Positions 11,950 to 28,083 are shown, numbered from the stretch's first letter. The stretch is 64,000 bases of DNA from Neocallimastix sp. 'constans' (GCA_050613775.1 JBODTK010000113.1:1-64000); one strand, 5' to 3'. Numbers and translations: made by a program. The notes: generated by a model from the sequence alone, not told the origin.

Positions 11950-12545
11950 ATTTATTATTTATTATTTATTATTTATTATTTATTATTTATTATTTATTAT
12001 TTATTATTTATTATTTATTATTTATTATTTATTATTTATTATTTATTATTTATTATTTATTATTTATTATTTATTATTTATTATTTATTATTTATTATTT
12101 ATTATTTATTATTTATTATTTATTATTTATTATTTATTATTTATTATTTATTATTTATTATTTATTATTTATTATTTATTATTTATTATTTATTATTTAT
12201 TATTTATTATTTATTATTTATTAATAAATACTCTTTTTATTATTTATTATTTATTATTTATTATTTATTATTTATTATTTATTATTTATTAATAAATACT
12301 CTTTTTATTATTTATTATTTATTATTTATTATTTATTATTTATTATTTATTATTTATTATTTATTATTTATTATTTATTATTTATTATTTATTATTTATT
12401 ATTTATTATTTATTATTTATTAATAAATACTCTTTTTATTATTTATTATTTATTAATAAATACTCTTTTTATTATTTATTATTTATTATTTATTATTTAT
12501 TATTTATTATTTATTATTTATTATTGATTATTTATTATTTATTAC
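11950..12545 (+). repeat. (TTATTTA)n heptamer array interrupted four times by TTAATAAATACTCTTTTT
   Basis: Direct reading; interruptions at ~12221, 12289, 12420 and 12453. Confidence 0.9.
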
Positions 12546-13884
12546 TTATTATTCAATTATTTATTAAAAATATTTTTTTTTTATTTTTAAAGAATATAAA
12601 ATATATTAAAAATATTTTTTTTTTTATTTTTAAAGAATATAAAATAAATGTATTAATAATATTCATAAATATTTATTTATATAACTTTATTTTCAATTAT
12701 TTCTTACGAATAATTACTTCTTTTACTATTATTATATTTAATAATATTTAATAATATATAATAATAAATAATAATGGTAATAAACATAATTACAATTATT
12801 ACATATTATTTTTATTACTTATTATTATTATTTATTGCTTAGCTTTGAATTTTAATGAATTTTATTATATATTAATAAATAGATTATAATAATTTTTATT
12901 ATAAATAAATTTTTTTTAATGTCTTTCACATCCCGAATTAATTTTAATAATAATAAAAAAAAAGTCCTATAATTACAGCTGGCATAAAAAGAAAAAATTG
13001 ATGTTTTATGAATATTATTATTATATATTTTATTTTACTTAACCATTAGCAATTAGTATTATAGGTATAGATATTTATGAAATCTTATAATTATTCAAAG
13101 ATAAGATTAAATAAATTATTAAACTTTAAAAAAAAAAAAAAAAAAAAAATACTGTCATAAATATATAAAAACTAACAGTATCAGGATTTTTCTTTCTGTG
13201 ATTAAGTTTTGGTATTATATACGTAATATATATATACTTTATTACACAAATAATTTTAATCATTTTAATAAAATGTAATATATATATTATATTAATAAAA
13301 TAATTAAAAAAAATTTTTAATTATTATGTCTATTCTCTTTTTTTTTTTTTTTTTTTCATAAATAGCCATGGTCTTTGTGAATTTTACGTACTTATAATTA
13401 ATTTTATAAAAATTGAATAAAAAAAAGTTTTTTTTTTTTAATTTCAATAACCTTAAAAACTTTTTTTTAATTTTCCTTTTAAATTGAATAATATATTTTG
13501 ATTATATTTATTAAGTATATTATAAGTAATATCTAATATATTAAATTTTAAAATATATTTTTAATTTATCTTAAAATAATTAATGAAAAATACTTTAAAA
13601 AAAGTTTGTGTTTAAATAAATGAATATAAATAATACAATAAATAAATGATTAATTAAATATATTAGTGAATGACTTAAATAAATATATATAAAGAAAGTT
13701 TAAATAGGAATAACTTTTTATATTATTTTTTTTTAAAAAAAAAAAAAATAATATCAACTAAAAAGTATTATATATTAAATAAAAAAAAAAAAAAAGTTAT
13801 AAATATAAAAGTTAATGCATTTTAATTAAAAATAAAAATAAAATAAAAATAAAAAAAAAATTGGAAAATTAATAATTTTTTTTT

Positions 13885-14100
13885 ACTCTACCTGTAGCAA
13901 TATTACTTGCATTCAATGTGTAATTATCAAAAATCCTACTAAACAATGTAGTATCATCTCTATCCGTAATACATTCTTGTGTTGATGTCTCTAACAATAA
14001 TGTCGCTACTCCGCTATTCCTGGTTAAATATTCGACCAAGATGGAATTAAAATTTGTGTCGGTGGTACAAAGGGAACTGATGTTACTGTCAAAAATTATA
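13885..14100 (+). pseudogene. Isolated GC-richer relic, possibly a fragment of a Cys-containing protein gene
   Basis: One + frame reads ...AIPG*IFDQDGIKICVGGTKGTDVTVKNYI with coding-like codons but with stops. The minus frame is also open. Identity unclear. Confidence 0.25.
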
Positions 14101-14165
14101 TTAAAAAAAAAATAATAAAAATAAAAAAAAAAAATTTCAAGCCTTTCTTAAATTTAATTTTTTCC

Positions 14166-14630
<465 letters not shown>

Positions 14631-15056
14631 TTATGTCAATGACAATATAAAGTATTTTTTTTTTTTTTTGTTATAATTAACTTAAACTACATAATAAATT
14701 ATTAATTATTAATAATATATTAAATAGCAAAAAGAATTATTTTAATTTTTTATTTTCAATTTTATAAATTTATATAAATATTTTATAATTAAATAAAATA
14801 CAATTATATAATTGTAGATGAATCTTTCTAATTGATCAAAAAAGAATTTATATTAATATCAACTAATAAAAGAGTCAAATCATATTCTTTTTTAAATAAG
14901 GATTTTATAATATTTTTGTCTTAATTTAATTTATTATATATATATATTTATATATTTTATATTTCTTATTAAAATATTAATGTTTAATCAATGTTAAATA
15001 GTAAAATTTAAAAAAAATGAATAACAAGGATAACAAATAATAAAAATATTAATTAA

Positions 15057-15108
<52 letters not shown>

Positions 15109-15309
15109 GCAATAATAAGAGAAACAATAGATTGTTATAATAAATATAAAAAAAATCTTTTATGTTTGTTAATCATAAATATATTTTATATTTATCTATA
15201 TCATTATTTATTCATTCATTTATCTTAATCATCATAATTAAAATATCAAAAATTAAAATAATATATTTATTATAATTATTTATTTAATATTTAATTATTA
15301 AATTTAATA

Positions 15310-15600
15310 ATCATTATTTATTATTTATTATTTATTATTATTTATTATTTATTTATTATTTTTTATTATTTATTTATTTATCATTTATTTATTATTCAAT
15401 TATTTATTATTTATTCATTATTTATTTATTTATTTATTATTTATTATTTATTATTATTATTTATCATTTATTTATTATTTATTATTTATTATTTATTTAT
15501 TTATTATTTATTATTTATTAAATTATTTAATTATTAAATTATTTAATATTTATTATTTATTATTTATTATTATTTATTAGTATTTTATTTTATTTTATTA
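15310..15600 (+). repeat. Degenerate (TTATTTA)n array
   Basis: Direct reading. Confidence 0.75.
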
Positions 15601-15870
15601 TTATTTTTTAAAAATATTTATGTTTCTATAAGAAAAAAAGAAAGAAAAAATAAGAAATAAAAGGGTTTAAATGAACATTTATATTAAAATATAAAGAAAA
15701 AAATAATAATAATAAAGAACAATTCTATATAAACCATATTTTATTTATTTTTATTTTTTTAAATAGTATAAGAAATATAAAAATTATAAAAAAAAAAATA
15801 ATAATAAACAATAAAAAATAAAAAGAATTAAAAGGACCAATCTTCATTTTAACGAAACATTTTCTATTTT

Positions 15871-15902
<32 letters not shown>

Positions 15903-16160
15903 TTTTTTTGGTTAAACAATTATACTAAAAAGAAACAAAATAAATTAAATTAACCATAAAATAATTATCAAAATATACAATAGTGAAAAAATATATAAAA
16001 TAAATATATATATATATAAAGGTCTCAATATAATTTATTCAAGAGTTCAAATGAAAATATAATTTATTATAAAAAAAAAAAAGCATTTAGAATAAATAAA
16101 AAAAAGCCTGTAAAAATAAAAAAGAAAAAGATAATTTTTATATTATACTTTAAAAGAAAC

Positions 16161-16191
<31 letters not shown>

Positions 16192-16651
16192 TATAAGAAA
16201 CGAAATAAATTAAAAGGGGGATTTTCATACTATTAAAGTAATATATATAAATATTTTTAATAATTAATAATTGATTAAAAATTTCTTGAATTTCTTTTTA
16301 TTTTTTTTTTTTTTTTTGTTTTTTATTTTATTTTATTTTTTTTACTTGTTTATATTTACAATAGTCATTAATCAATCAATAAATATGTTTAAATAATAAT
16401 AATGAAAAAACAATAATAATAATCTGATTTTGAAATCTAAAAAAAAAAAAAAATAAATAAATAAATAAATAAAGAATTATTGATAAATAAATTCGATTAG
16501 AATAATAATTGTAAATAAACCACAATAAAATTGAGTAACTAAAAAGAAAACATTGGAAATTCATTCAAAAGTTGTAGTTTAATATCCTGGATTTAATGAT
16601 TAAATTTTAAAATATTTTACAAATAGACGAATTTTGTCAATTTTTATTTAG

Positions 16652-16694
<43 letters not shown>

Positions 16695-17391
16695 TTTTAT
16701 TATTATCATTATTATTATTTTCAGTTTTAAATAAAAATTAAAATATACTATATAATTACAATAATTCTAAATTTTTATAAAGTATATAATATAAAATATA
16801 TAAAACAATTCAAAAATAATTAAACAAATTCAAATAAATGAAAATATTATTAATGTATTAAAATAAAAAATAAATACAATACTTTTTTTTTTCAAATTTA
16901 ATAATAAAAAATAATATCATAATAAATATTATATATTTCATAAGATCTTTTATATATATTAAATATAATTTAAAATTAAAATATAAAATTTCAATTTATA
17001 TGCATAAAATTTATTACTTAATATGCTTAATATATAATTAATGAAAAAAAAAAACTCTATTAACCTTTTTTTTTTTTAAATTTATTTATTTACTTATAAT
17101 AAATAATGTTTAAAAATGATAAAATGAATATTTTATAAATCTATTAAAATGTTATAAATCAAATAAATATCAAATCCTAAACTATTAAGAATATTAATAG
17201 ATATAGAATTAAAGTATATTATTGTACAGTTAATTTGTTTTTACTGTTCATTTAAAATTTTACAAAATAATTAAATAAATAATATATATTAATAAGGAAT
17301 CAATAAAAACTTAATATTTAATATATATAAATATATTAATAGATAAAAAACAATATCAATATCAGTGTCTTAATTACAATATAATAAAAAA

Positions 17392-17799
17392 ATGGATAAT
17401 ATGGCAACTGATGATTATAATCAACATAATAAAGAAATACCAAACAATGGGCCAATTAATCGTATAAAAAATGCTTCAAAAGATACAATTCCAATTGCTG
17501 TTGGTCCAAGACGTCAACATTCTTCACGTTTTCATGTGACTGAAAAGATTGAATTAGAAAAATTAGTAGGATTCAAAGGTATAATTTTAATAATATAGAT
17601 TAAATAAAACTTTTTATTTTTAAATATTTATATATTTAATGTTTATGTATTTATTTATATTAATATATTTATATATATCATATATATTTATTAATTTTTA
17701 TATTATTTCATTTATAAAATTATTTATTTATATTAATATATTTATATATATCATATATATTTATTAATTTTTATATTATTTCATTTATAAAATTATATT

Positions 17800-17837
<38 letters not shown>

Positions 17838-19549
17838 TTTACACATATATTATATCATATTTAAATCAATTATTTTTTCAACTATTATTGGAATTCTCGA
17901 AATAAAATGATATTTAATCTTTTAAATTTCAACCCATTGTTATCTTTTAAATAATATATAATAAATAAATAAATAAATAAAATATTAATATTTATTAATA
18001 TAAAAGATGTTGATGCTAGAGACCAAGAAGAATTATTTATCAAAAAGATTCAACAATGTAATGTAATTTTCGATTTTAATGATCCACAATCCAATTTAAA
18101 AGGAAAAGAAATTAAGAGTCAAACGTTATTAGAATTAGTTGAATATATTACATATAATAGAAATGTTATAACTGAAGCAGCTTACCCAGAAATCATTAGA
18201 ATGGTAAAATTAATAATAAATATAAATAAATTAATAAATCAATAATGTTGGAATTAAAATATTATAAATCCTTTTGACAAAAATATAAATAATTATAATA
18301 ATAATATTATTATTGTTATAAATAAATAAAATGTTTATTCATTTAAATAATAATATTATATAATTTAATAGTTCGCTGTCAATTTATTTAGAACTATACC
18401 ACCACAAGTTAATCCAGTCGGTGATGCTTTCGATCCAGAAGAAGATGAACCAGTTTTAGAATTAGCTTGGCCACATTTACAATATGTTTACGAATTCTTC
18501 TTAAGATTTATTGAATCTCCGGATTTCAATGTTAATATCGCAAAACGTTATATAGATCAAAAATTTATTACTCAGGTAATGTATTTTATTTCATTTAATA
18601 ATAATTGAAATATAAAAATAAGAATAATTTTTAAAATTATTGTAAATTCATAATTATTATAATAAAAAAAAATAATAATAATAATAATAATAAATATTTA
18701 TATATATATATATATATTTTACAAATAATGTTTAACATAATGTTAAAATATTATAATTATATATTTATATATATATATAATTGTTGTTTCATTATCAATA
18801 TATCATAAATAATAAAACATTTTATAATATTACTTTCAAAATATGTATGATTATTTATTAATTTAAATTTAATAAAGTTACTTGAATTATTTGATACTGA
18901 AGATCCAAGAGAAAGAGATTTCTTAAAAACAACATTACATAGAATTTATGGAAAATTTTTGAACTTAAGAGCTTATATTAGACGTTCATTTAATAATATA
19001 TTTTTCAAATTTATATATGAAGAGGAACATCATAATGGTATTGCCGAATTATTAGAAATTCTTGGAAGGTAAATTAATAAATAAATAGATAAATTAAAAT
19101 AAAAAAAAAAAAAACTAAAAATAAAAGATAATTGTTATACGTTATATATTAAAATAATTATTTTACATATATATATTTTAATATTCATTTAATATATAAA
19201 TATATTATTCATTTAATATATAATACTAATAAAAAATTTTATTTTATTTTTATATAATTAATTATATTATTCATTTAATAAATGAAAATGATTAATAATT
19301 AATAAACTTTTGATTTTCTAAATTTTATGAATAATAGTATTATTAATGGTTTTGCAATTCCATTAAAGGATGAACATAAAGTGTTTTTAATAAGAGTATT
19401 AATTCCTTTACATAAAGCAAAATCTTTATCAATATACCACTTACAATTATCTTATTGTGTTGTTCAGTTTTTAGAAAAAGACTCAACTTTAACTGAAGAG
19501 GTTAATATATAAATTATTTTAAATTATTAAAATGAATACTAATACTTAA

Positions 19550-19592
<43 letters not shown>

Positions 19593-21195
19593 TTATTAGC
19601 AATAATAAAATTTATGATAATAAAATTAATAATAAAATTAATAATAATTGTAAAATAATCAGTATGAAAAATAAAGAATAATTAATTAAGTAATAAATTA
19701 ATTAATTATATATATATATTTAAATATAATAAAGGTAATTATGGGATTATTACGTTTCTGGCCAAAGGTTAATAGTCCAAAAGAACTTATGTTCTTAAAT
19801 GAAATTGAAGAAATTCTCGATATTATTGATCCAAGTGAATTTGTAAAGATTCAAGTTCCGTTATTCCAACAAATTGCTAAATGTATATGTAGTCCTCATT
19901 TCCAAGTAGCAGAGCGTGCCTTATGTTACTGGAATAATGATTATATTATTAATTTGATTGAAAATAATGCCAATGTCATTTTACCAATTATGTTCCCAGC
20001 TTTATTCAAGAATTCAAGATCACATTGGAATGAGTAAGTTTTTGATAATCATTAATTGTTAATAATAAAATATAAAAAAATAAAAAGATAAAAATAAAAA
20101 AATATATATATTAAATCATAAGTTTATATATATATATATTATAATCAATATTAATATTAATATTAAATTATTATAATTATTTTTTTTTTTTTTTAATTAA
20201 TAATTATAACAAATATTAAATAACAACAATAATAATAATTAAAAAAGAACTATTCATCAATTAGTTTTAAATGCATTAAAACTTATAATGAATATCAGTC
20301 CGGATTTATTTGAAATTTGTACTTCTGAATATAAGCAAAATAAGCAACTGTAAATAATCATCCTTTATATAGATATATATTATAGAAAATTGTATTTATA
20401 TTTATAATTTATAACTAAATATTAAAGATGATTATTGACAACTCATTTTATTAATAAATCATTGTTTTATATATTATAATAGTGAGGCATTAAAACAAGC
20501 AGAAAGAGAAGCTGAATGGAAAAAGATAGAACAAATGGCTAAAGCAAATGCTGAAAAGATGGAAAGTGAAATTAAGGAACCATCAATGAAAACAATAATT
20601 GATAATAACTTACAAGGTAATTTTTTATTTTATATTTTATGTTTAAAAAATAAATAAATAATTAAAAAGATATATATATATAAAATATATATTTAAATAA
20701 TATAAATATTTATTCATTATATATGTATAAATAGATATGGAAATTTCATATAAGGAACCAATGGAATATATTGAAAATAATGACGAAGAGAGCTTAGATA
20801 TCTTAGCTCAAGAATTAGTAAATATAATTTTTATATCAATATAATAAAAATAATTAATTTTTTAAACATATATAAAAAATATAATTTAAAAAAAAAAAAA
20901 AAAAAAAAAAATAAATAAATAAATAAATAAATAAATATTAAATATTAATCTTTTTTTATTAATTTTTTTTTTTTTTTTTTTAAAAATAATAATAATAATG
21001 AAAATAAAATAATAACAACCATAATAATAATAGCAACAATTCCATGAAAATCCTGAAGTACCAATATTAAGAAGAAAATCAGTTTTACCAGTCGATGAAA
21101 CTGTATTAACTGAACTTTCAAGGCACAAATCTTTTGATGATTTATTAAGTAACCAAAATGATAGTGAAGAAAATGAAATCCAACCACAAAATTAA
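17392..21195 (+). CDS. RTS1: Protein phosphatase 2A regulatory subunit B' (B56/PPP2R5 family), ~10 coding exons
   Basis: GT-AG exons give [134 protein letters not shown] and C-terminal LRRKSVLP. Stop TAA at 21193-21195. Confidence 0.96.
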
Positions 21196-21550
21196 AAATA
21201 AAATAATAATTAATTTATTCATAAATATATATTTTCATATAAGAAAAGATATATATATATGTACATACATATATAAAATATAAAAAATATAATAATAATA
21301 ATAATAACACATAACAATAATAATAAAAATATAATAAAATAAAATAAAATAAAATAAAGCCTATATAATATATATATTATTATATATTATTCAATAATTT
21401 TTTTTTTTTTTTTTTTTTTTTTTTTCATTATTTTTAAAGTATAAATTTAGTGTTAATTCACAGATTTGGAAAATTTTAAAGCAAAATGAATATACAAAAA
21501 GAATAGAAAATTAACTAATAATAATATATAGTTTTTATTTTTTTATTCCA

Positions 21551-21623
<73 letters not shown>

Positions 21624-22085
21624 TTTTAAATTATAATTACAATAATATTAGTATTTCTTCTTTAAACATAAAATATAAAAAAAAAAATAAATAAATAAAT
21701 AAATATTTAACACTATATCAAATTTTAAAAAATTATAAAATTAAAATAGGCATATTTAAAAAATTAAAAAAAAAATAAAATAAAATAAAATAAAATAAAA
21801 AAATAAAAATGAAAAATAAAAATAAAATAAAATAAAAATATTTTTTGAATTTTTTTTTTTTATTATTATGTGTTTAATTAAAGAGTTATATAATATTAAT
21901 ATTAATAATAAATAAAAACAGTGTTTTTTTTTTTTTTTTTTTAATAAATTTATATAATAAAAAAAAAAAAATTAGAATATATATAAATTAATAAAAAAAA
22001 AAATAATAATAATAAAAATAATAAAAATAAAATAGAATAAAATAAAATAATTCTTAATGTGAAAAAGTATAGAAAAATATTATAA

Positions 22086-22118
<33 letters not shown>

Positions 22119-22125
22119 TAAAAAA

Positions 22126-22157
<32 letters not shown>

Positions 22158-22218
22158 TATACAAGATTTAAAAATTTAAAAATAAAAAATTATAAATAAA
22201 AATAATAATTATTAAAAA

Positions 22219-22255
<37 letters not shown>

Positions 22256-22507
22256 TTTTGTTTTTTTTAAATTTTTTTATGGAGGAATAATTTTTTTTTT
22301 TTTTTAATCTTGTACTTTTATTTAATATACTATTTTATCTTGAAATAATCTTGAATATCTTGAATATTAACTATTTAAAATAAAAAAAAAAAATTTTTTT
22401 TTTTATTATATATATATTTTTTTTTATTATTATTATTTTTTTTTTTTTTTTTTTTTATTTTTTCTTTATATATATAAGATATATAATTATTGATATAATT
22501 ATATAAT

Positions 22508-23197
22508 TTATTTTGTTTTTTCTAAAGTTGGGGCTGGTGCTGTTGATGAAGGTAATGGTGGTATCATTTCTGTTGGATGTTCTGTTGGAACATGAGCTTC
22601 CGTTGCTGCTGTTGGTGTTAAAGTAGCCATAGTTGTAGAAGTGACACCCTCTTTTTCTGGTACTTTTTGAGCTACTGCTGTTGCTGAAGCTTCAGCTGCT
22701 GCTTTTTTAGCTGCTTCAGCATCTTGTAAATCAGCATAGGCTTTAATAGCTTTAGCAGCTGCTGCATAATATTCTATATATTCTTTTGGATTTTTTGAAA
22801 CAGAGGCAGCAATAGCTTTTGAACTTTGTTTTGAATTTAGATAACCAGGTCCATATGGATTATTAATGTCATAACCTTGATAGTAAAGACCATAGGGATC
22901 ATAACCTGGAAGAGGTTGACCTGAGGTTGGTGTTAGAACGGAATGACCTTGAGAAGCATAATAATCTGCAATTTGTGATTGAGCTTTAATTATTATTATT
23001 TATTATTAATTATTATTAATTATTATTATTTATTATTATTTATTATTATTTATTATTAGAATTAAAATTATGAATAGTATCATGATTATAGTTATTAATA
23101 TTAGGATTGGAATTATTATAATTGATTGATATCATTATTAGTAATAGTATTTATTAAATTAATATTTTAAATGATAAATAAATGATCGTTAATAAAA

Positions 23198-23234
<37 letters not shown>

Positions 23235-26200
23235 GATATAAAGAAATTCATTATATTAATTATGTTAATAAAAATAATACATAAATATATATATATATAT
23301 ATGAATAAAATTATTAAATATAAATTAATTAGATATCACTATTAAAAATATCTTTATTTAAAAAAAATGTTAATTACCTGAATTTGGTGTGAAATTCGTA
23401 TCATGTGAAGCATTAAATCTTGTAGCATTAGCAAGTGGCTAAAAATAAAAATTTAAAAAAAATAAAAATTTTTAAAAAAAAAAAAATAAATAATTATAAT
23501 AATAATAGTAATAACGAACAACATTAATAATAATTTTAATTGAAATAATATATATATATAAATATATAATAAATATAAATTAGAATGAATAATTTATATA
23601 TTATATATTAATATTTTATTTAAATAATAATAATAACAATAATAAATATATAAATAAAAAAAAAAAAAAAAAGTATTTTATTTAATTACATTTTGTGAAG
23701 CTTGAAGTCTTTCTTCAATTAATCTTTGACAATGGTCAATGGTTGAAGCAGGACCTTATAATTTAAATATATATTTATATTATAATCATTATTATTATAT
23801 TTTATATTTTTATTGAATAATATATAAATATATATATATATATATATTAAATATATATAATAGTTTATTATTTATTAAAATAATTTTTTATGATATTTTA
23901 GTGATTAATTTATAATTTGATTGTAATAATTCTTACCAGTAATATTGACATTCTTTTGATTTGTTCCAGGAATTTCAGTTTGATCTACAAAAACTTTACA
24001 ACCAGTTTGTTCTGCTAATAACCTAATAGTTTCTCCTTTTTTACCAATAACTAAACCAACAAGCTATTTTAAAGAAAAAATAAAATAAAATAGATATATA
24101 AATACACATATTAATATTAATAATGTATTCATAATATATATTTTAATATACATTAAATTATAAATTAATACTTACATCTTTATGAACTGGCATATGTCTT
24201 GTAACAATATTAGCATTATTTGGAACACCTTGATTTTGTTTTTGACTATTACTAATAAGTTCGTCTATTAAAGCACGAGCTTTATCGATGGCAGCTTGTT
24301 CACCAGATATAGATATTGGAGCATTAGTATCTGTATTACTATTTTGAAGTACATTTAATTTTGCTCCACTTTTAATGGCTATATCTCTAATAGTATCACC
24401 ATGTCTTCCAATAACTTTTATATATCATTAGAATAAAATATTTAAATAAATTAATATTATTAAATATAAGAATCAAAGATATATTATTATTATTATTATT
24501 ATTGTTGTTGTTGTTGTTGTTACTATTACTATTATATTATTACTATTACTATTACTACTACTATTATTATTATTATTATTATTATCATTATTATTTCCAA
24601 TAATAATTTAAAAATAATAACATAAATTAAAAATAAATAGATATACATACTTAAACCGACAATATTTCTTGGAATTGGTATTGTAATTTGATTTGCAGTT
24701 GGAGGTAAGTTATTATCATGTGGTGGAGCTCCTGGTCCATAATGTCCCATATTCTATTATTTTAATAATATAATAATCAAATATTTATTATTTTTATAAT
24801 TCAATTATATTTAAATATATATATATATTATATAGGTATGTTTATGTTTTTATATTTTATATTATAAGTAATATATATATATATTGTACCTTTGGATTTG
24901 GTCTATTATCTGATTCATCAATCATTGTTTTTATCATTTGTTTTGCTCTTTCAACGTCTTCTGGTAAACCAATAATTGTTAATCTTCTACTTGGTTCACT
25001 TGAATCTTTTAATTTAATATTATTACAATATTACAATTATTTAAAGTGTTAAATTTTTGAATAAATTACGATATTAGTGATATAAATAAATAATTTCAGT
25101 TTATATTAAATACATATATAAATATATTAAAAATATACCTTGAGGAATTTGTACTTTACAACGAGTAGTTGCTTCTATACGTTTCAAACTTTCACCACCA
25201 CGACCTAATTATATTTCATATATTTTTATCATATATATATACATTATGGTAATTTTATAATAATTAGTATTATTTTTATTATTATTAATGTCAAAATAAA
25301 ATAATAATAATAATAATAATAACTATAACTAATCATTTTATGTAATATCGATTCTAAAAATATTTATTTTTATTATTAATGTATATAAATAGAAATAAAA
25401 AAAAAAATAAAAAAAAAAAAAAATACCTATAATTAAACCCTTTTTTATTTTAGTTTATATATATATATATAAAATAATATAATTATATAAAATATAATAA
25501 AACGGTTTATATAATATATAAATTTAATATGTACTTTACTATCAATTCATAATAAAATAATTGAAATTATAATATCTTCATGAAATTCAAAATTTAAATA
25601 AAAATATATTTATTTCTCATAAAATTACTGATAATTACTGTCATATGATTTGGAATAAGATATTCTTGTGATACTGTTCCTGGTGCAGGATTTGAACTAT
25701 TATAGAGTGAACGTATTTCCATGTCTTTTTGTCTTCTTTCTTCTGAACCAAGACCATAACGTGGTTTATCATCTTTATTTTATCATATAATTTAATTTTC
25801 AATTTTTTATATGGCATTTGAAAATTTGTTAAATTTATTTGTATTTTAATTTTTTTTTTGTATTTTTTTTTTTTTTTGTATTATTATATTTAAAATTAAA
25901 ATTATACAAATAATTAATATTAAATATTATAATATTAGATATTTTTTAAATTATCAAAAAAATATTGAAAAAAAATAAAAATTAAAAATTACAAATTATG
26001 ATAATAATAATAATTATAAATAATAATTGTAATATATAAAATTATTTAATTAATTAAATAATACATTATAAAAATAATGTAATATGTTAATTATATTTAT
26101 TAAAATAAATAAGAAAAAAAAAATTACATCCAAAAGTTGGACGCTTTGGATCTTTTGATTCATCTTGGAATGAACCATCTTCTCTTGATCTTTTAGTATG

Positions 26201-26541
26201 AGAATCTTTTTATTATAACAATATTAATATGATAAAAATATAATATAGATAGATTTAATTTTAATTAATATATAAATTTTTTCTATTAATAATTAATATT
26301 ATATAGAAATATCAAAGAATAAGAATGATAATTATATTGGAAAATATAATAATTATTGTCATTATTAAAGTATTAAGAAATTTTTTGATATAGATATATA
26401 TTAAAAACTCTTAAAATATAAAAATTAATTAAATTTTTATAAAAAATTTTAATACATAAAATTACCTCCATTATTTCCACCTAATGATAAACTTTGAGCA
26501 ATTTGTTTTGCACGTTCCACTGGATCCATTATATCACTCAT
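22508..26541 (-). CDS. Three-KH-domain RNA/ssDNA-binding protein (FUBP/KSRP-like), multi-exon
   Basis: Start MSDIMDPVERAKQIAQSL. KH loops GLIIGRGGESLKRI, VGLIIGRHGDTIRDI and VGLVIGKKGETIRLL. Tyr/Pro/Ala-rich C-terminus (YDPYGLYYQGY...EYYAAAAKAI). Stop at 22508-22510. Confidence 0.9.
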
Positions 26542-28045
26542 ATTTTATTATTTATATATTATTTACTTTAAATTAAATTATTATTGATTTATAAATTTGT
26601 AATTATTATATATTTAAATAATTTTTTCCAAAGTATTTATTATTTGTATATATATATATTTTATTAAATGTTGATTAAAAAATCCTTTTAAAAAAATTTC
26701 AATTATTATAAAATTGTTATATATATTATATTTATATATAAAAAATACATATATTAGTATTTTAATTTTATCGAATTAAAGAATAAATATTTCATAAAAT
26801 GGAAAAATATTGAAATTAATTTATTTGTCTATAAATAGTACATAAATAAAACTTGTTAAAATGTAAATGTGTAAATGTGATTATTTTTTTTTAAATGGAT
26901 TATACTTTTACACTATTTTTATTTTTATTTGATTCCAAAAAATATGATTATAAATTTATATTTAATATATATTATATATAAAATACCTTTATATTTTTAT
27001 AAAATAATGACAAAACCTAAATATATATATGGATTTATTATTATATTTCAAATATATTTTAAATCATTTAAATGATTTGAAATCCTTTTTTAATTTTTAT
27101 ATCTCTTACTATATTATTAAAACCTTAATTTTTTCTTGTAACACAGTTTTACATATTATTATTATTTAATCTATCCAAACATATATATATATAACTATTA
27201 TATATATTATAATAATAAATTAAATAAGTTTTATTTAAATGGATATTAATTTTTATTTAAATAAATTAATAGCAATTAATTAAATGTATTAATAAATATA
27301 TATTAAATAAATATGAGATACATAAATATTTTTAATTACATACAAATACATAAATTGATTAATGTATTTTTTTTTTTTTTTTAATTTTAACTATTAGAAA
27401 TAATATTCGTTTTATTTTATTTATTTCTCATTATTGCATAATAATTTATAATAGCAATTGCTTATTCAATTTTTTTTATATATATATTTACTAATATCAT
27501 TGAATTAAAATATTCAAAATATTTATTTTATTATTTAACTGTGATTATAATTCATAGTATATCTTTTCTAAAAACAGAAGATACAATAACTATGTTTAAT
27601 AATAATAATTAATAAAATGTAAAATTAATATAATTATATTATGTTTTCTTTAAATTTTTTTATTCTTTCTATATTAATGATATTGATAAAATGAATGAAA
27701 TATATTAATACTTATATTGTCATTGGATGTTTTTTTATTAAAAAAAAGAAAAAAGAAAAAGTGAAGTAAAACTTTTTAGTAAACTATTTTACTTTTTAAA
27801 GAAAAAGATATAACTTAAACTATTATATTTTATTATTATAAGTTATCTTTTATCTTTTATTTTTTATATAATTACATAATAAATTGTAAATTGTAGTATG
27901 AAAGTATTAGAAAAGTTGTAAAGTAAAAAAAAAAGTTTTTAAAATTATTATTAATAAATTTTAATTTATGATAATTCTTTAACAAAAAATGTATTATAAC
28001 TCAATTATAAAAAATATTAATATACATTATTATTATATTAAAAAA

Positions 28046-28083
<38 letters not shown>

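Noticed and set aside
17648..17795. ~70-bp tandem duplication in a PP2A-B56 intron
   Set aside because: Ordinary local duplication of AT-rich intron sequence; no sign of function.
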